From: Podarcis tiliguerta
Lineage: Eukaryota
Length of the DNA: 64,000 nucleotides
NCBI GenBank assembly: GCA_965153285.1
Contig: OZ229115.1
Reading direction: 5' to 3' (one strand)
Of the stretch, positions 12,500 through 25,800 are shown in pieces. A program made the position numbers and the translations under genes. The notes beneath the pieces are model-generated. The model had not been told where the DNA came from. It did no database searches and saw only the letters and a program-made list of their open reading frames with translations. Position 1 is the first letter of the stretch. Each line of letters starts with the position of its first letter.

Positions 12500-13800
12500 C
12501 CACTTCCAACTTCGTCCGCCCCAGTCTCGCAGAATCCCACTGCTTAGCTGAGATTCACTATTTTTTCCCCGCCACCAGGGGGTGCAGTAGGCAGAGACTC
12601 GCCACACTGCAAGAACTACAACTCCCATCAGCACCCCTCGGCCAATGTCGCTCTCGCTTCCGGAGCTGGGAACTACAACCCCCATGATTCTTCCGCCACA
12701 AGCTTGGTCCTCAGCGAGAAGAGGCTGTTCTTGGCGCCTGACTGGAAGCGAGCGAGCGAGCTGGCAAGAGGGCTTTTGGCGAAGACAACCCGGCAGCGCG
12801 TGAGGCCCTCCCTCCCTCCGCTCTCACTGGGTGCCCCACTGGGTGCCCGGCCCAACTGCCAGTCAATTAGTCCGACTGAGCGGCCAGGGAGGCGTCTCGG
12901 CGGCGGTGGCGGCGGCAGCAGCGGTTGCCGCCTCAGGCAGATAGCGCGACCCTCCTCGGGGGGCGTTGAGCGGGAGGGGCCGGGCGAGTACGAGACCGGC
13001 AGACGCCCTTCTGTCTGTCTGTGTCTGTGGCGGGTGATAGGCAGGTACCTCCTCCGCCATTAAGGGCAGAAGGACAGATTCCCCGCTTCCCCAGGAAATT
13101 TGCGTCAGTTTATCAAGCCTTTTCTGTGCTCCCTCCCTCCCAATAATCCCGCTCAAGGCGGGGCGCAGATAGTCCGTGCGCTTTACCGGGGCGGAGGCAG
13201 GTAGCTTCCATTCACTCTGAATCTTGTTGGGAACAGGCGGGATATTCTCCCCTTATTTCCCTGCTGAGAGTCCCGTCTCCCCCACATCACCCTGTGGGGG
13301 GCAGCTAGGCATGTATCCCTCTTGCAGAGAAGCTGATAAGACATCGCGCCTTTAAAAAAGAAGAATATTGGGAAAGAATCCGGCAGCCCCCACCCCTTTT
13401 TTAAAAAAGAAAAACCCCTCCCATTGACAGGCTGAGCACACGTAGCACTCCCCTTTCCTTCGGGCGAGACACAGGCAGAGAGAATTGCCCTTTCTCTCTC
13501 CTTTGGGGGGCTGCTCTTCTCTTCTTTCGCCCGTCCTTCCACCCCAAGATGCTGCCGCCGCTGTCGCCGCCGCCGCCTACCCCCCTGTAGCTGAGCCCCA
13601 GTGCAGGGCGAGGCTCAGACCGTCGGCGTGCCGGCGCCATGGAGCGCCGAGGGGAGGCTGCCGCCGCTGCCCTCCCGCAGACCCTGGACTTCACCGTGGA
13701 GAACGTGGAGAAGGTGAGAGGTGGGGAGGAGGGGCCGCTTTAGGGTACCTGTGTTGGGGTTGCGGGGTGGCTTGGGTGGAAGTGCCTTATCCTGCACCCC
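12500..13800 (+). promoter_or_regulatory. IPO13 CpG-island promoter and long 5' UTR
   Basis: CpG-rich; two ACTACAnnnCCCA (ZNF143/THAP11-type) motifs at 12615 and 12672, CCAAT at 12642, ETS cttccgg at 12657, CTCF-like ccaccagggggtgc at 12572. Confidence 0.85.
13639..13713 (+). CDS. IPO13: IPO13 exon 1
   Basis: gccATGg; [25 protein letters not shown]; donor AAG|gtgaga. Confidence 0.95.
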
Positions 13801-16800
13801 AGTTAATTTCCGCACACGGGATTAGGAGCTTTCAATGTGCTCAGGCTTTTAGTGTACATTTGTCTCAGGCAAGCCTGTCTTGAGTTCCAGTAGTTTTGTA
13901 CTTCACCTATTCGGTGGGCATAGCTGCTCCCATCTTGATCTTTTTCAGGGAATTGAGAGTGCCCTTGGCATGTTATTGGTCTCTGACATTGGCTTCACGG
14001 TTTAATTTGCACTACTGTAGCCTCTGAATCCCATTGAATCACACACACACACTCTCTCTCTTTGGAGTGGCAGTAATATTGGTCCTTATGTTATAATCTG
14101 GGAACCTTTCCTCTGCTTACCTCCTTCTGAGAGCGTATCATGATGAGCCTGGTGGGGGGGCTGACACTACTGCTGCTGGCTTGAGGGGGCATTTGCAGAA
14201 GTGATGATCTGCCCTGACAGCATACCCAGGGGGCATCCTGTTACTCATTGAATCCTTAGTATGTCATAGTCAGAACTCATGGCACTTTGGGCTTTCTCCT
14301 TTAGCTTCACTCCTCAGGAGATACCCTCTAGTTGTAGAAAGCAAAGTGGCCTTTAGAAACACACCTGGAAGATGAACTGTTGTCTGGTGACTGCTTTATT
14401 CTTCTGGCAGTTGTGTAATCACCTGCCTCTGTTCTCTTTTAGATGTAGGTATAAATGTTCCCTAATTCACAGGAGTTATTTAAATGGTATTGTAATACAG
14501 GCTATGACTCCTGGCATCTCCATGTAAAAGGTTCTGATGGCAGGTGATGGGAAAGACCTCTGTCTCAGACCCTGGAGAGCTCCTTCCACTTAGAATAGTC
14601 TGTATAAGGCTATAAGAATATATAAGAATGTATAAGAATGTATAAGAATAGTATAAGGCAGCTTCCTATATTTACATGAATTTTGTAATGAGAGTAACCT
14701 TTTATTTTTGAGGGCCTCATTCCCTTAGCAGTTGTCTGTCGGGGACTGCATGCTGATCATGGGTGGGGCTGCCACCAGCTTTCCTTTCTCTTTTCTGCCA
14801 CTCCTTACTTCTCTCTCTTTTTCTCTCCCTCTCTCCTCCTTCTCCTCCTCCTCCCTGGCCAGCAGGCTGGGGGCAGGGGGAGATCACTCTTGCCAGAGAT
14901 GGCTTGCTGAGGGTTTTTAAAAATTGGTTAGCAGGTGGCCCACCTCTGCTATAGGCATACCACAACTTCACTGGCAAATATGCCAGACTAGAGTGAGTGC
15001 CACCACTTGGTTCAAGGCTAAAGAGGATCTTACCTATGTAATTGTTCCACATTCCTTCACTGTAATGCTTTTGCAGCTATTTCTCAAAATTCTTTGTGGT
15101 GGCCTTGTGGAAGGCAGGCTGCTAATTAAAATACAATTGTGCTTCAGATTTATACAATGCATTTTTGAAAGATCAGAAACAACCATATACTGTAGACAAG
15201 TATTTTTGTTCCCATGTTGCAGATTGAATGTTGAAGCTGATGAATAGTAGCTTATTCAAGACTATCTAGTGAGTTTATGTGTGGATTGAAGATGGACTTC
15301 CCAATCAAAGCTCACACTCATAGTCACTATGGTATATTGCAGTAAAACAGCTCTTTATCTGTATCCAGGTAAACTATCCCTATCTCTGGACTGTGATGTG
15401 CTGTATAATGGACATTAACAAGGAGAAGCAAGAAGAATGGATGCTGTGGTACTAGTTACTGAAAGGGCACCATATTTCTTGAGGCTCCATCTTAAGTTGT
15501 GGGGCAGTCTGTGTTATGATAATAGTGAAGATTTCACTTTGCCAAGTGATTGGTGTCTTAAGTGTTGCTGCCTGTTTGTAAGAATAAAATTCTATACTTA
15601 CAAGATAGAAGAGCATGAGCTTGGAGCTGTTTTTGAGAGGTTGTTAAGGAATGATACTTAGAAATATCTATAACTATGTGTTTTTGGAGATTTCACTCAA
15701 GTGTAAGTAGAACTCCAATCTGCTCCCGTTTCCCACATTGGGCATATGTATAATTCATTATAATTGATTATGATGAATATAATTTATCTTTAAATGAAAA
15801 GGAACATTTCTAGCCTCCAGGTTTTTGAAGGTGGGCTTGAAAATGTGTGAACAATATCTGATGAAATATTGAAAGCCAGGGATACCTTGTAAGTTTCCTA
15901 GGGGCCATGGAACTGGAGCTCTGTGGCCTGCATAGCTCCATGTCTAGGAAAAGCAGATAAGTGCACTTTGAATAAGTTATACATACTGCAGAAATTTTAT
16001 TTTCCTGGTTGAAACTGGGACACTTTGGCCTGAAAGAAATTAAAAAGCAGTTTAGGGTTAGTCCTGAACAGTTTATTTTTCTCCCCTTCTGTTGAGTAAA
16101 GTTCTGCAGGATGGAAATTGTTATTTCTGTTAAACAACACACATCTTCCATTGTGGCTTTGTAGAGTGCTCTGTTGTGGACCTGTCACTATTCAGGCAGC
16201 TTTAACCTGCCTTTGCTGCCCATTGTATTTTCAGAAGCACTGGAGCAGCCACTCCCTATTGCACCCTGAATTCTGTCATTCTGCTCGTGTTAAATTGTCA
16301 CACAGGTTCCAGGCAGCTCACTAGTAGGGATTATGACATTTAGTCCTCTTCCTAGCAAAGCCCAGATAGTGACAACTCACCAAGGTATATCTTTAGCTGG
16401 ATATGGAACCTGATTGCTTCCCTTTCTTTGTTTATTAGATCAATAGCTAGGAATGGCAGACTCCTAGTCCAAGATTTTAGGCCATGATGTTAAAAACCTC
16501 CCACTTTCATAGTGCATATGGAATAAGGGTTTGTGCCTTTCTGCAAAGTTATGTAGCAGCACTAGCTTTTGTGGCCTAATCTGTTACTGGGTAATGCTGC
16601 TTTATAATTCCCTCTGGAAGGAATGCACAGGCAGCTTCTTTGTGCGAGCTGACAATAGAGCAAATGTTGACATCAAGAAAGGTCAGTACACCCCAGGTGG
16701 TGATTAGCTCAGCAAGTGCTGGGGTAGAAGTTGGAGCCATCAGGGGTGTGCCAGAATGGCTTCCACACTGGCTGGGAAGGGCTGTAGCAGGCTCTCAAGG

Positions 16801-19800
16801 ATGCTTTGGCTCCCCCCCTCCCCGTCTGTCTCAAACCTTCTTTGCTTCACTGCCTAGCACTGCTTGCATCAAGCTTTCCCGTAAGATACAACTGTTATGC
16901 TATAACAGTGGAGATTGGTTGGCTGACTGAGGAGGAAGGGTGTAAGCAGGCGATTGTGCCATAATAGTCTGTATTTAGTGCCAGTTTATGTTGCAGGAAG
17001 CATTGACTATTGGGGTCAAGATACAGGTTTTTGAGTAGGGTCAAATCTGCCATGCATTTGCCTCATCAGCCTAAGGCTTTTTTTTGCTGCAAGTGACAGA
17101 AAGTGGTACTCTGCCAGGGTAGATTCAGACTGCTTTCTTACACACGTGGTGTATTTTTGTAATAACATCCTCTCTGGTCTTGAGGCTGCCTCTTCATGGC
17201 AGGTGCCACAGATCCAGGGAGTCAGCATCTAGCCAAACCAATATGCTCATGCTCCAGTTCAGCCCTGAGGTGACTGAGTAGGCTAACCAGCTTTTGCAGG
17301 AGCTCATAGATTTGATTTGGAGTTATCACTGTACCAGACATTTAGACCAAAGTAGTTAATGACATCTTGCTGTCACAGGCAGGGGTTGAACTAATACTGG
17401 GCACTTCTTTCGTATTCAGTGCAGAGCTACCCAACCTCACACATTAGTATATGAATGAAGAAGCTTAATTGGTTCTGAATGTTTGAATTATCCAGTTCAA
17501 AACTTCAGTGAGCAGGGGAAGCTTGGGAAAAGCAACACAAAGGACAAGGAAGTTAAAACAGTTATACCAATTAAAGTGCAGCTTAGATTTTAACCCTAAG
17601 GAATATTTATGGTACAGTGTTCAAAACACTGGGTTTTTTTGTGGGGTTTTTTGGGAAAGGTCTTTCTTACTCTTAGCCAGAGAGCAAACCAGGTAGCTTT
17701 GCTGTTTCTTAGCCTAGACAAGCTAGCTTTTCACACAGGAGTACAGACAGGATGCAAGAAACTCCAATGAAACCAGAGACATGCCCTTACATCTAAAGCC
17801 TTTTTGGTCTTGTGATAACACAGGCCCATTTGGCTTAGAGTGAAGTATTCTGGTTGCATTTCACATTGGATAAAGGCTTCAGGTCAGAGGCAAGGGTGTA
17901 AATTGCCATTTTGCGCTTTTTATAGGGTGATCCTAAGGAGGTGACTTATCTCCCAGCAGAAGCCAAGGGATGTGAAAATGTATAGAGGAATTATCTTATG
18001 CTGTGTGTAATGCAACAATTGTTTGGGGTACAGGAAAAAATGGCTGCACTTTCAATAAGAGATGTGTAAAAAATTCATATTTCTCTGACTTCAACAAGTT
18101 GGTAAAAAATAGAAAAAATGAATCTGAAGATGGGAACACCTTGGAAACACCACATTTCCACCACTGGAAGACATTGGCTTGAATCTGTACACACATGCAC
18201 TCCACTCTTCCTATAGCCATCTTGATGGTACTTAGGCAGCAGTTCCTGTTAACTTTATGGCTTCAACATCAGACATAACCTTTCTGCATTTGTGTGATTG
18301 TGTGTGTTCTCAATCCAGTGTGTTTTAATGGTTAAAGTGTTGGGCTATGACTTGGGAGACCAGAATTTGAATCTCTAGTCAGCCATGAAGTTTACTGGGT
18401 GACCTTGGATTTCTCAGCCAAACTACCTCACAGGGTTGATGTGGGAATAAACTGGGGAGGGGAGAGCCATGTAGACCACACGGAGCTCCTCGAAGGAAAA
18501 GGTGATATATAAATGAAATTAATAAATCAAATCCTCCCACGTCCCCTGCTATTCCCCTTTTCTTGTGGGCATGTGTATGTATTTGAGGTGAGGGCTGTAT
18601 CATCTAGGCTCTCTCCCTGGATAAAAAGGTTTTGGTTTCCATCACTTCTAATTTGAGGTGGTGAACCGCAGGCCTGTGTGATGTGACAGCTGAGACAGCT
18701 GCCTTCAGACCAAGATATTGGGGAATAGAAATACAAGTGAATCTGCCTCTTTGACTCTTTAAAAATGCTGTTGCTGATTTACTGTTGTCAAAGTAGTCTG
18801 AAGATCCCCTTCCTTGTATGCAACTGGGAGTAGCTTTCCTGACCTGCTCCTTTTCCAGTAAATTTCCATAGTACTGTTGAGGATTTCATTGGACTTTAAG
18901 GGTATAGTAGCATTTCATATGGAAGTCTGCAGAATGATAGTGGTCGCGAGTGCAAGCCTTAGCTCAAGTTTCACCGGAATTGTAGAATTGGATGGGACCC
19001 TTAGGGTCATCGCTACTCTAACACCCTGTAATGCAGAAATCTCAACTAAAGCATTAATGACAGATGGCTATCCAACTTCTGCATGAAAACTTCCAGTGAA
19101 GGAGAATCCACCATCTTCCGATGGAATCTGTTCCAATTGTCAAGCAGCTCTTACTGTCAAAAAGTTCTTCCTAATGTTTAATTGGAATCTCATTTCTTGT
19201 GAATTGAATCCATTGGTTTGGGTCCTAGCCTCCAAAGCAGGAGAAAACAAGCTTGCTGCATCTTCCATGTGACAGCCCTTTAGATATTTAAAGATGGTTG
19301 TCTTTCTCATCTTTACATACCCAACTCCTTCAACCATTCCTCATAAGGCTGGGTTTCCAGACCTTTGATCATTTGGTTGCCTTCCTATGCATATGTTCCA
19401 GCTTGCCATTATCTTTCTTAAATTGTGCCCAGAACTGGACACAATACTTTAGATGTGGTCTTACCAAGGCAGAATAGAGTGGTAATATTGCTTCCCTTGA
19501 TCTGGACACTATACTTCTGCTGATAACTGGGTTATTTTGTCTTATGCCTGGTCTTATGAATCATAGTACCAGCACATGGCTTCTCCACTTGCACAGAGCT
19601 AGCCCTGGAAGTGCTGCTGTTGAGAGCAGCAAAGCAACAGGTCCAAGAACACACTATCTTTAGCTCTAACAGTTTTGGGTTGCCTGGCACAACCCTGTGC
19701 TGGCATCAGCTAAAAGTGACTTCCCCAAGAACATGCCTCTGCTTGATTTCCAGGGATAGGATGCTGGAGTAATAGGAACAGAGCAAACCACTACCTGTGC

Positions 19801-22800
19801 ATATTGTGGCTTCTTAGGTTTGCTTTACACTGTTCATTATGAATTGTGTTGCAGAAGGTATTGGTGCTGTGCATGTTAGAAAGAAGTTTTTTGTTCCTGC
19901 GGTACAAGATGTCATTACTCATAGACAATGGGGCTTCTGTTTTTTACAGGGTATGTTTGAATTTGCTTACAAAGGATATTGTGTAGCCTGCGGTATTGTG
20001 TCGCTTGGTTTCATGGTTGCAACTGTGATCAATGCTGGTCTCTTGTGCCAAGCAAAGAGTCAACCATATATTCTGATGTTCTTGTATACCTCCTAGTTAA
20101 CAGCAAGTAATAGGTGTTTCCTTCATGACGACAGATGGCCAATCATGCTAGCCCTTGTCTATAGCCCATTTTAGAAAGTGAGTGAAAGAGGCAGTTTGTG
20201 ATGTTTCAGTTTGAGAGTTTATTTTTTAAAGCAATTTGCTAGCAAGAAGCAATCTCTGACATGGACTGCATATTTCTGTGACTTTTATAGTCTTGATTCT
20301 TTTGTAGGGTTAACATTAACTGGGCATATGATCCCCTTCTTCTTGTAAATTTTGTATGTGTGTGTGTACACCCACACCAAGTGTCTGCAGTACTTTCCTC
20401 TTGTAAAGAAGCTGACTCTGGTGTACTAGAGGTGAAGAATGTGAATCCTTATGTGTTCCTTTGTCTGGAACTTCAGCTGCTGCTCTAACTGTAGGCTTTC
20501 TTTCTCCCAGAATCTGCATTCTTTGAACACTCTTCTGTTCCGAAGATCAGCCCTGGGTCATCACTCTTCTTCTGTCACTCCTAAATGTCAAGCTTCAACC
20601 ACGTTGCAGCTTGAGCCCTAGAACTCATGCCCCTTCCCTAGTTCTAGTCAGTAGTAGTGGCATACTCACTGTAGCAAGAGCTATTGCTAGAAGCTGCTCT
20701 TTTGTTACTGAATTAGCTTTTTTAAATAAACTTGTTTTCTGTCTTGTTTTAGTTGAGTGTACTGTATGTAAGCTGTTCTGCAAGCCTTTTCTGTGAAGAC
20801 TGGGTACAAACATTCTAAATAACACCATCACTACCATCTAGTCTTCTTAAGCTGTAGGTCTGTTGGTGCTGAAGGCTGGCCCATCTTCCTCTGTTATGTA
20901 CTTTACTGTCTTTGGGGTGACAGTATGTTGCGTCTGTGGGGGTTGAAGGCAGTGGGTAATGCCAGCAATGCGTTCAACGTGTTGAAGGATGTCATTGGCT
21001 GCTGGCAAACATGTCTGGCGGCTTGGTTGGCACAGAACTCTATAATATGGGCCCATCAATATTTGGCTCAAGTGGGTGGGAGGAAAATGCTTGTTATGTT
21101 CACGCCTGTATTGTGGCAGAACTGAGACTGTGGTTGCAGCTGACTGCGCTCAGTACTGCAGAACCAGGGCAATGCTCAGCAACCTTTCCGCCTTCTATGT
21201 AGATTGCCTGTGCCCTCTACGCCATAGTGGAGAGGGCTAGGTCTTTGCTTGAATGAACAGATGATGCTCTGGTTGCTATGGTTCCTGTTGCTTGGTGGCA
21301 ATTGGCTGTGCTGTTCAGGAGATCAAGATATTGGGTGCTTTGGACAGGACTGAAAGGAAAGCAACCCAGAATGCCTTCCAGGAGGTGAGGAGTGGTAGTC
21401 GCTGCAGAGTCAGCAGCCATACAGTCCCTCTTTGGCCCATTGGGGTCATTGGATTATGAGGCCATATCCTGAGTGTGCACAGTGTCATCATGTTGGTCTC
21501 CGTTCACTTCAGTTTGATGGAGCAAGAAGTATGTCTCAAACAACTGCATCTCCTGCAATTCCAGGGAGAGAGATTGTATAGGAACACGGGATGGGTTTTG
21601 TGTGTTCACTAACCTGGAGTGGCCTCATGTACTCATGCTATCTTTAATTGTTGATATCTGCTGGAACTCCTCTTCTCACTTAGTCTCTGGGACTTTGAGA
21701 ATTCAGCTTGCTGTTATTTACATAGTGCTGTCAAGGAGACAAACTGCTATTTTCTTACTCTTCAAAAGCTCAGAGGAGGCCTGGAAGGAGGAAGCACTGC
21801 ACCAGGGACACTGAGCTTGTGGCAGTTGCTGCTGCTACTTAAGCATCAAAACTTGATATGTCACATTTTCATTCATGTTCCTTTAATAAAGCAAACCCAG
21901 TGCCAATCTGCTTGAGAGGTCAGAGAAAGGAAATGAATCCTGTTTTGGGTCTCTGGTTAAGGCTCAGGGTGTCAATAGTGTTGTCTCATCAGTTGAACTA
22001 CATTAGTATACCATGTGCTGTGGTGTTCATTAGGTGAGTTCTTTCCCAGCAGTGAGACCTCACTCTGTTGCACTGAAAGTGCCGTGCATGCTGGGCTGCT
22101 TACAAGATATAACGTTACAAACTTTGCCATTTCTATTAGCCCAAGAATAGCACAGTATTTCAGGCTTTCTTACGACACTCCATTCTGCATCCATTTCTTT
22201 AGTCACCGGATTGGACGCTGTATGCCAACTCCTTATGGTGTTGAACCCATAAAGCTGGTTTGAAAGATCCCTACAATGCCCTTGCCTCCGTTGTCTAGAG
22301 GAAGGGGCATATGTATGCTGTTACTTTAAGATGCATTATCTGGAGCAGGGGTCAGCAACCTTTTTCAGCCATGGGCTAGTCCACTGTCCCTCAGACCATG
22401 TGGTGTGCCGGACTAAATTTTTTTGGGGGGAAATGAACGAATTCCTATGCCCCACAAATAACCCAGAGATGCATTTTAAATAAAAGGACACATTCTACTC
22501 ATGTAAAAAGACATTGATTCCTGGACTGTCTGTGGGCTGGCTTGAGAAGGCGATTGGGTCGCATCTGGCCCCCGGGCCTTAGTTTGCCTACCCCAGATCT
22601 GGAGGTTTTGAAGTCTCAGCGGGTCAAGTCATGAGACACTTGTGTAGGGAGACGGTAATATGGTTTAGTTTATGCAGCAGTTGAGCTCCTGTGTGTTTCT
22701 GTGACTGTATTAGTTATGTGCTGACTACATACAGTAAGTGTGTGAGCAAACTTAAAGCCCGAGTGGTGTAATGTTTATTCATGTACTTATTAATGTTGGA

Positions 22801-25800
22801 TTTCAGCTGCCATTTTGTTGCCAATTCATCCAGCTAGGGACAGCATCCTGGAGCTCTTCAGTCTTGCTGAGATTTCACCATCCTGAATAATTTGGCATCA
22901 TCTGCAAATTTGGTTGTCTGTCAGTTTGCATCTTACTCCAGACCACAATGGACAAATTATATAGCACCAATCCAAATACAAATGGGCATGGTTTACTGTC
23001 CTCCTTCATGAAAGCTGTCAAACTCTGCTTTCTGTTTTGGTGTTGGAGGCTCTTAAAGAACTTGGTTACCTAATGACAATCCTTGCTCAAAAATATAAAT
23101 AATTTTAACCCTTATATTTCAATAGATTCTGGCTGAATGGGAACCTACTATAAAGTTCAGTAGTTAATAGGAATTTTATGTGTGTTTGTAGTCTGCTTCA
23201 GATTTGTACAAGGACCGAGTGCAGTCTGTGCCACATCTTGAGAAATATCATTGATTACTCTACAATTTGTGGAGAACCTGACACAAAGTCAGGCCATGGC
23301 TGCACAATGCACTCGTTGATCAGCAGCCTGATGCTTTTCTTTGTAGGCATTGCTTAAAATATCTGGAGCTATATGACTTCATATTGTATTTTCCCCCTTT
23401 GCTACACCTACCCATTAAAATATTTGCATTTATGTTTAGAGACTTCTTGTTTTTACATTTTATAAAACTAATCAGTTTTGTGGTCTCTGTTTTTCAACAT
23501 TTTGCATTATTAAAAACAATGGTTCCCAACCTTTTTATTATGATGATCCACTATTAGAGTCACATGAGTTTTGTACTTTAGGTCTTCAACAGCTGTCGAT
23601 TTCATGCATTTTAACTGCACGTTTGCCTATTTTATAACCATTATTTGAGGCATCCAAACAAAAAATTATTTAATGCCCCTATTAATATGGAACTTGTTGA
23701 AATATTTATAATACTTACAGAGATACTCAGTTTTTTATGGGAATGTAACTACCAATCACCTGGTTACAGAATATTGCTTCATGAGCTATTAAAAATATTT
23801 TAAAAACATGCTATTACACAAGCAGTGTTAGATATTTTGAACTATGAATATTTTAAATAGCTTTATTCACAATAAAGTCCATTTTGGCAAGTATAAGTGG
23901 GATGGCTGAGCTTGCACTTCGCTAATGAGTAGATCAATGTGGGGATTGATGGTTGTCAAGCATAGTCTCATATCGTTATTGATACATAGCCGGCTACTGT
24001 ATTTATAGTATTTATACTGTATTTATACTGTCTTCATAGTAGTTATTGCTGAAATACCTGTCTTGCAAATATATGCACTATCAAATGGCAGCAGCACAGA
24101 TTTTGCTTCATTGGCAAGCTCAGGATACTCAATAGTAGCTGAGTAATTTTGGTAACCTGAACCCAAAATTCAGAGAGCCTCACTTCCAAAAATGTATCTT
24201 TGAGGGCCCAATGAGTTGTTCCTTTTGCACAAAGACAGGTTTGTGACATGAGTTGCAAATAGGTTTTGCACCCATTCAAACTTCTCTGTTTCTTCAGCAG
24301 AAAGGTAGTGGAGAAATCAAACCACCCTTGGCTTCACTTTTAACTTACTGGCAGTCTGCCACAAGGTACAGGGAGTTGTTTTGAGTGACTGCTATAGCTC
24401 GCCTCTGATGGGCAGGTGCACAGCTTTTCTGAGTGAGAGACAGAAAAGAATTTACTAGCTATGTAGGGAAGAATTTACTGTCTATGTAAAGAAAGTGAAC
24501 TTCAGGGCTCGTTCACAGTTCCATTGCCCCTCTGCTTCCTCTGGGGAAACCCTCTCGTTGCCACTACATTGTAGCAGCAGATGTCAGCAGATTGACGTTT
24601 GCTCCGACTCAGCAGTGAAGAGTGGGTTTTCCCGGAGAAAGTGGTAGGGCAAATGCAAAACCGCCTGGACGCATGCTTAGAAAGCATGGGGCAAGGTGAA
24701 AACTTTTCAGACCTGTGCTTTCTAGGCATTGGACAAGTGTGGAGTAGCCCTTAGCTATAACTCAATATATCCAGGAAACAGCCACTACCAAGATGGACCA
24801 GACTGTTATTCCCATATGTAAAATACAGAAATAAAAGGTTTTGGTTGGTGGGGAATATTGCATTGTGTGTTCAGCAAAGTGGCACTGAAAACTGGGTTCA
24901 CCTAGATGTGACAGCACCATGATGAACAGGTATTAAGCATGGGGTGGAGGTGATTGTAATGTATTATAGAAACAGGTAATATATAGGGGATTCTGAATCT
25001 TCTGTTTCAGAATTGCCACCCAAATACTTTTCTCTCGTCTTGTTTTGGAACCCAACTTAAAAATAAGCAGCTAGGGCATTGCTGCTCCCTTATATTTGTT
25101 CTCTACCATTCCTAGTTCTAAAACATGAGGCTGCTGCTTTCACATCTAGTTAGCTCTTCATTGTGGAAGGATATTATTACAGCACTAAAGGTTTGAAATA
25201 CAGTCATACCTCGGGTTGAAGTAACTTCGGGATAAGTATTTTCGGGTTGCGCGCTGTGACGATCCGGAAGTAACGGAGCGCGTTACTTCCAGGTTTCACT
25301 GCTTGTGCATGCGCAGACGGTCAAAATGACATCACGCGCATGCGCAGAAGCGGCGAATCGCCACACACGCAGATGCAGATTGCATTCGCTTCTGGATGCG
25401 AACAGGGCTCTGGAATGGATCCCGTTCATATCCAGAGGTACCACTGTAGTAATTAACATTTTCTGTTCACTGACTTAGAATACTCTTATCCTGAATTTCT
25501 TCTGTTGAGGGCAGTTGAGACTTTTACCAGTCCCCAACTGCTGTGTTGTACTTGATTGCATGGTTATCTGTAGTATCGTCCCCACTCAACCATATCTGCC
25601 CTCTTCTGATCTAAAGTACGGGAGAGCAAGGGTGTTACTCTTTTTTGTAGTATGGAGAGAGTTAACGTTTCATGAACCAGGTACCTAACAGTAAGGGATC
25701 TGGATTTGGCTTTTTACTGTCTTACAAGCATATATAAAATAGTGGCTAAGTTGCTATTTTCTACCTTCTAGGCACTCCACCAGTTGTATTATGACCCCAA

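Noticed and set aside
14600-14660. Short tandem tataagaat repeats as a CRISPR-like array
   Set aside because: No unique spacers, eukaryotic intron context; simple slippage within a SINE remnant
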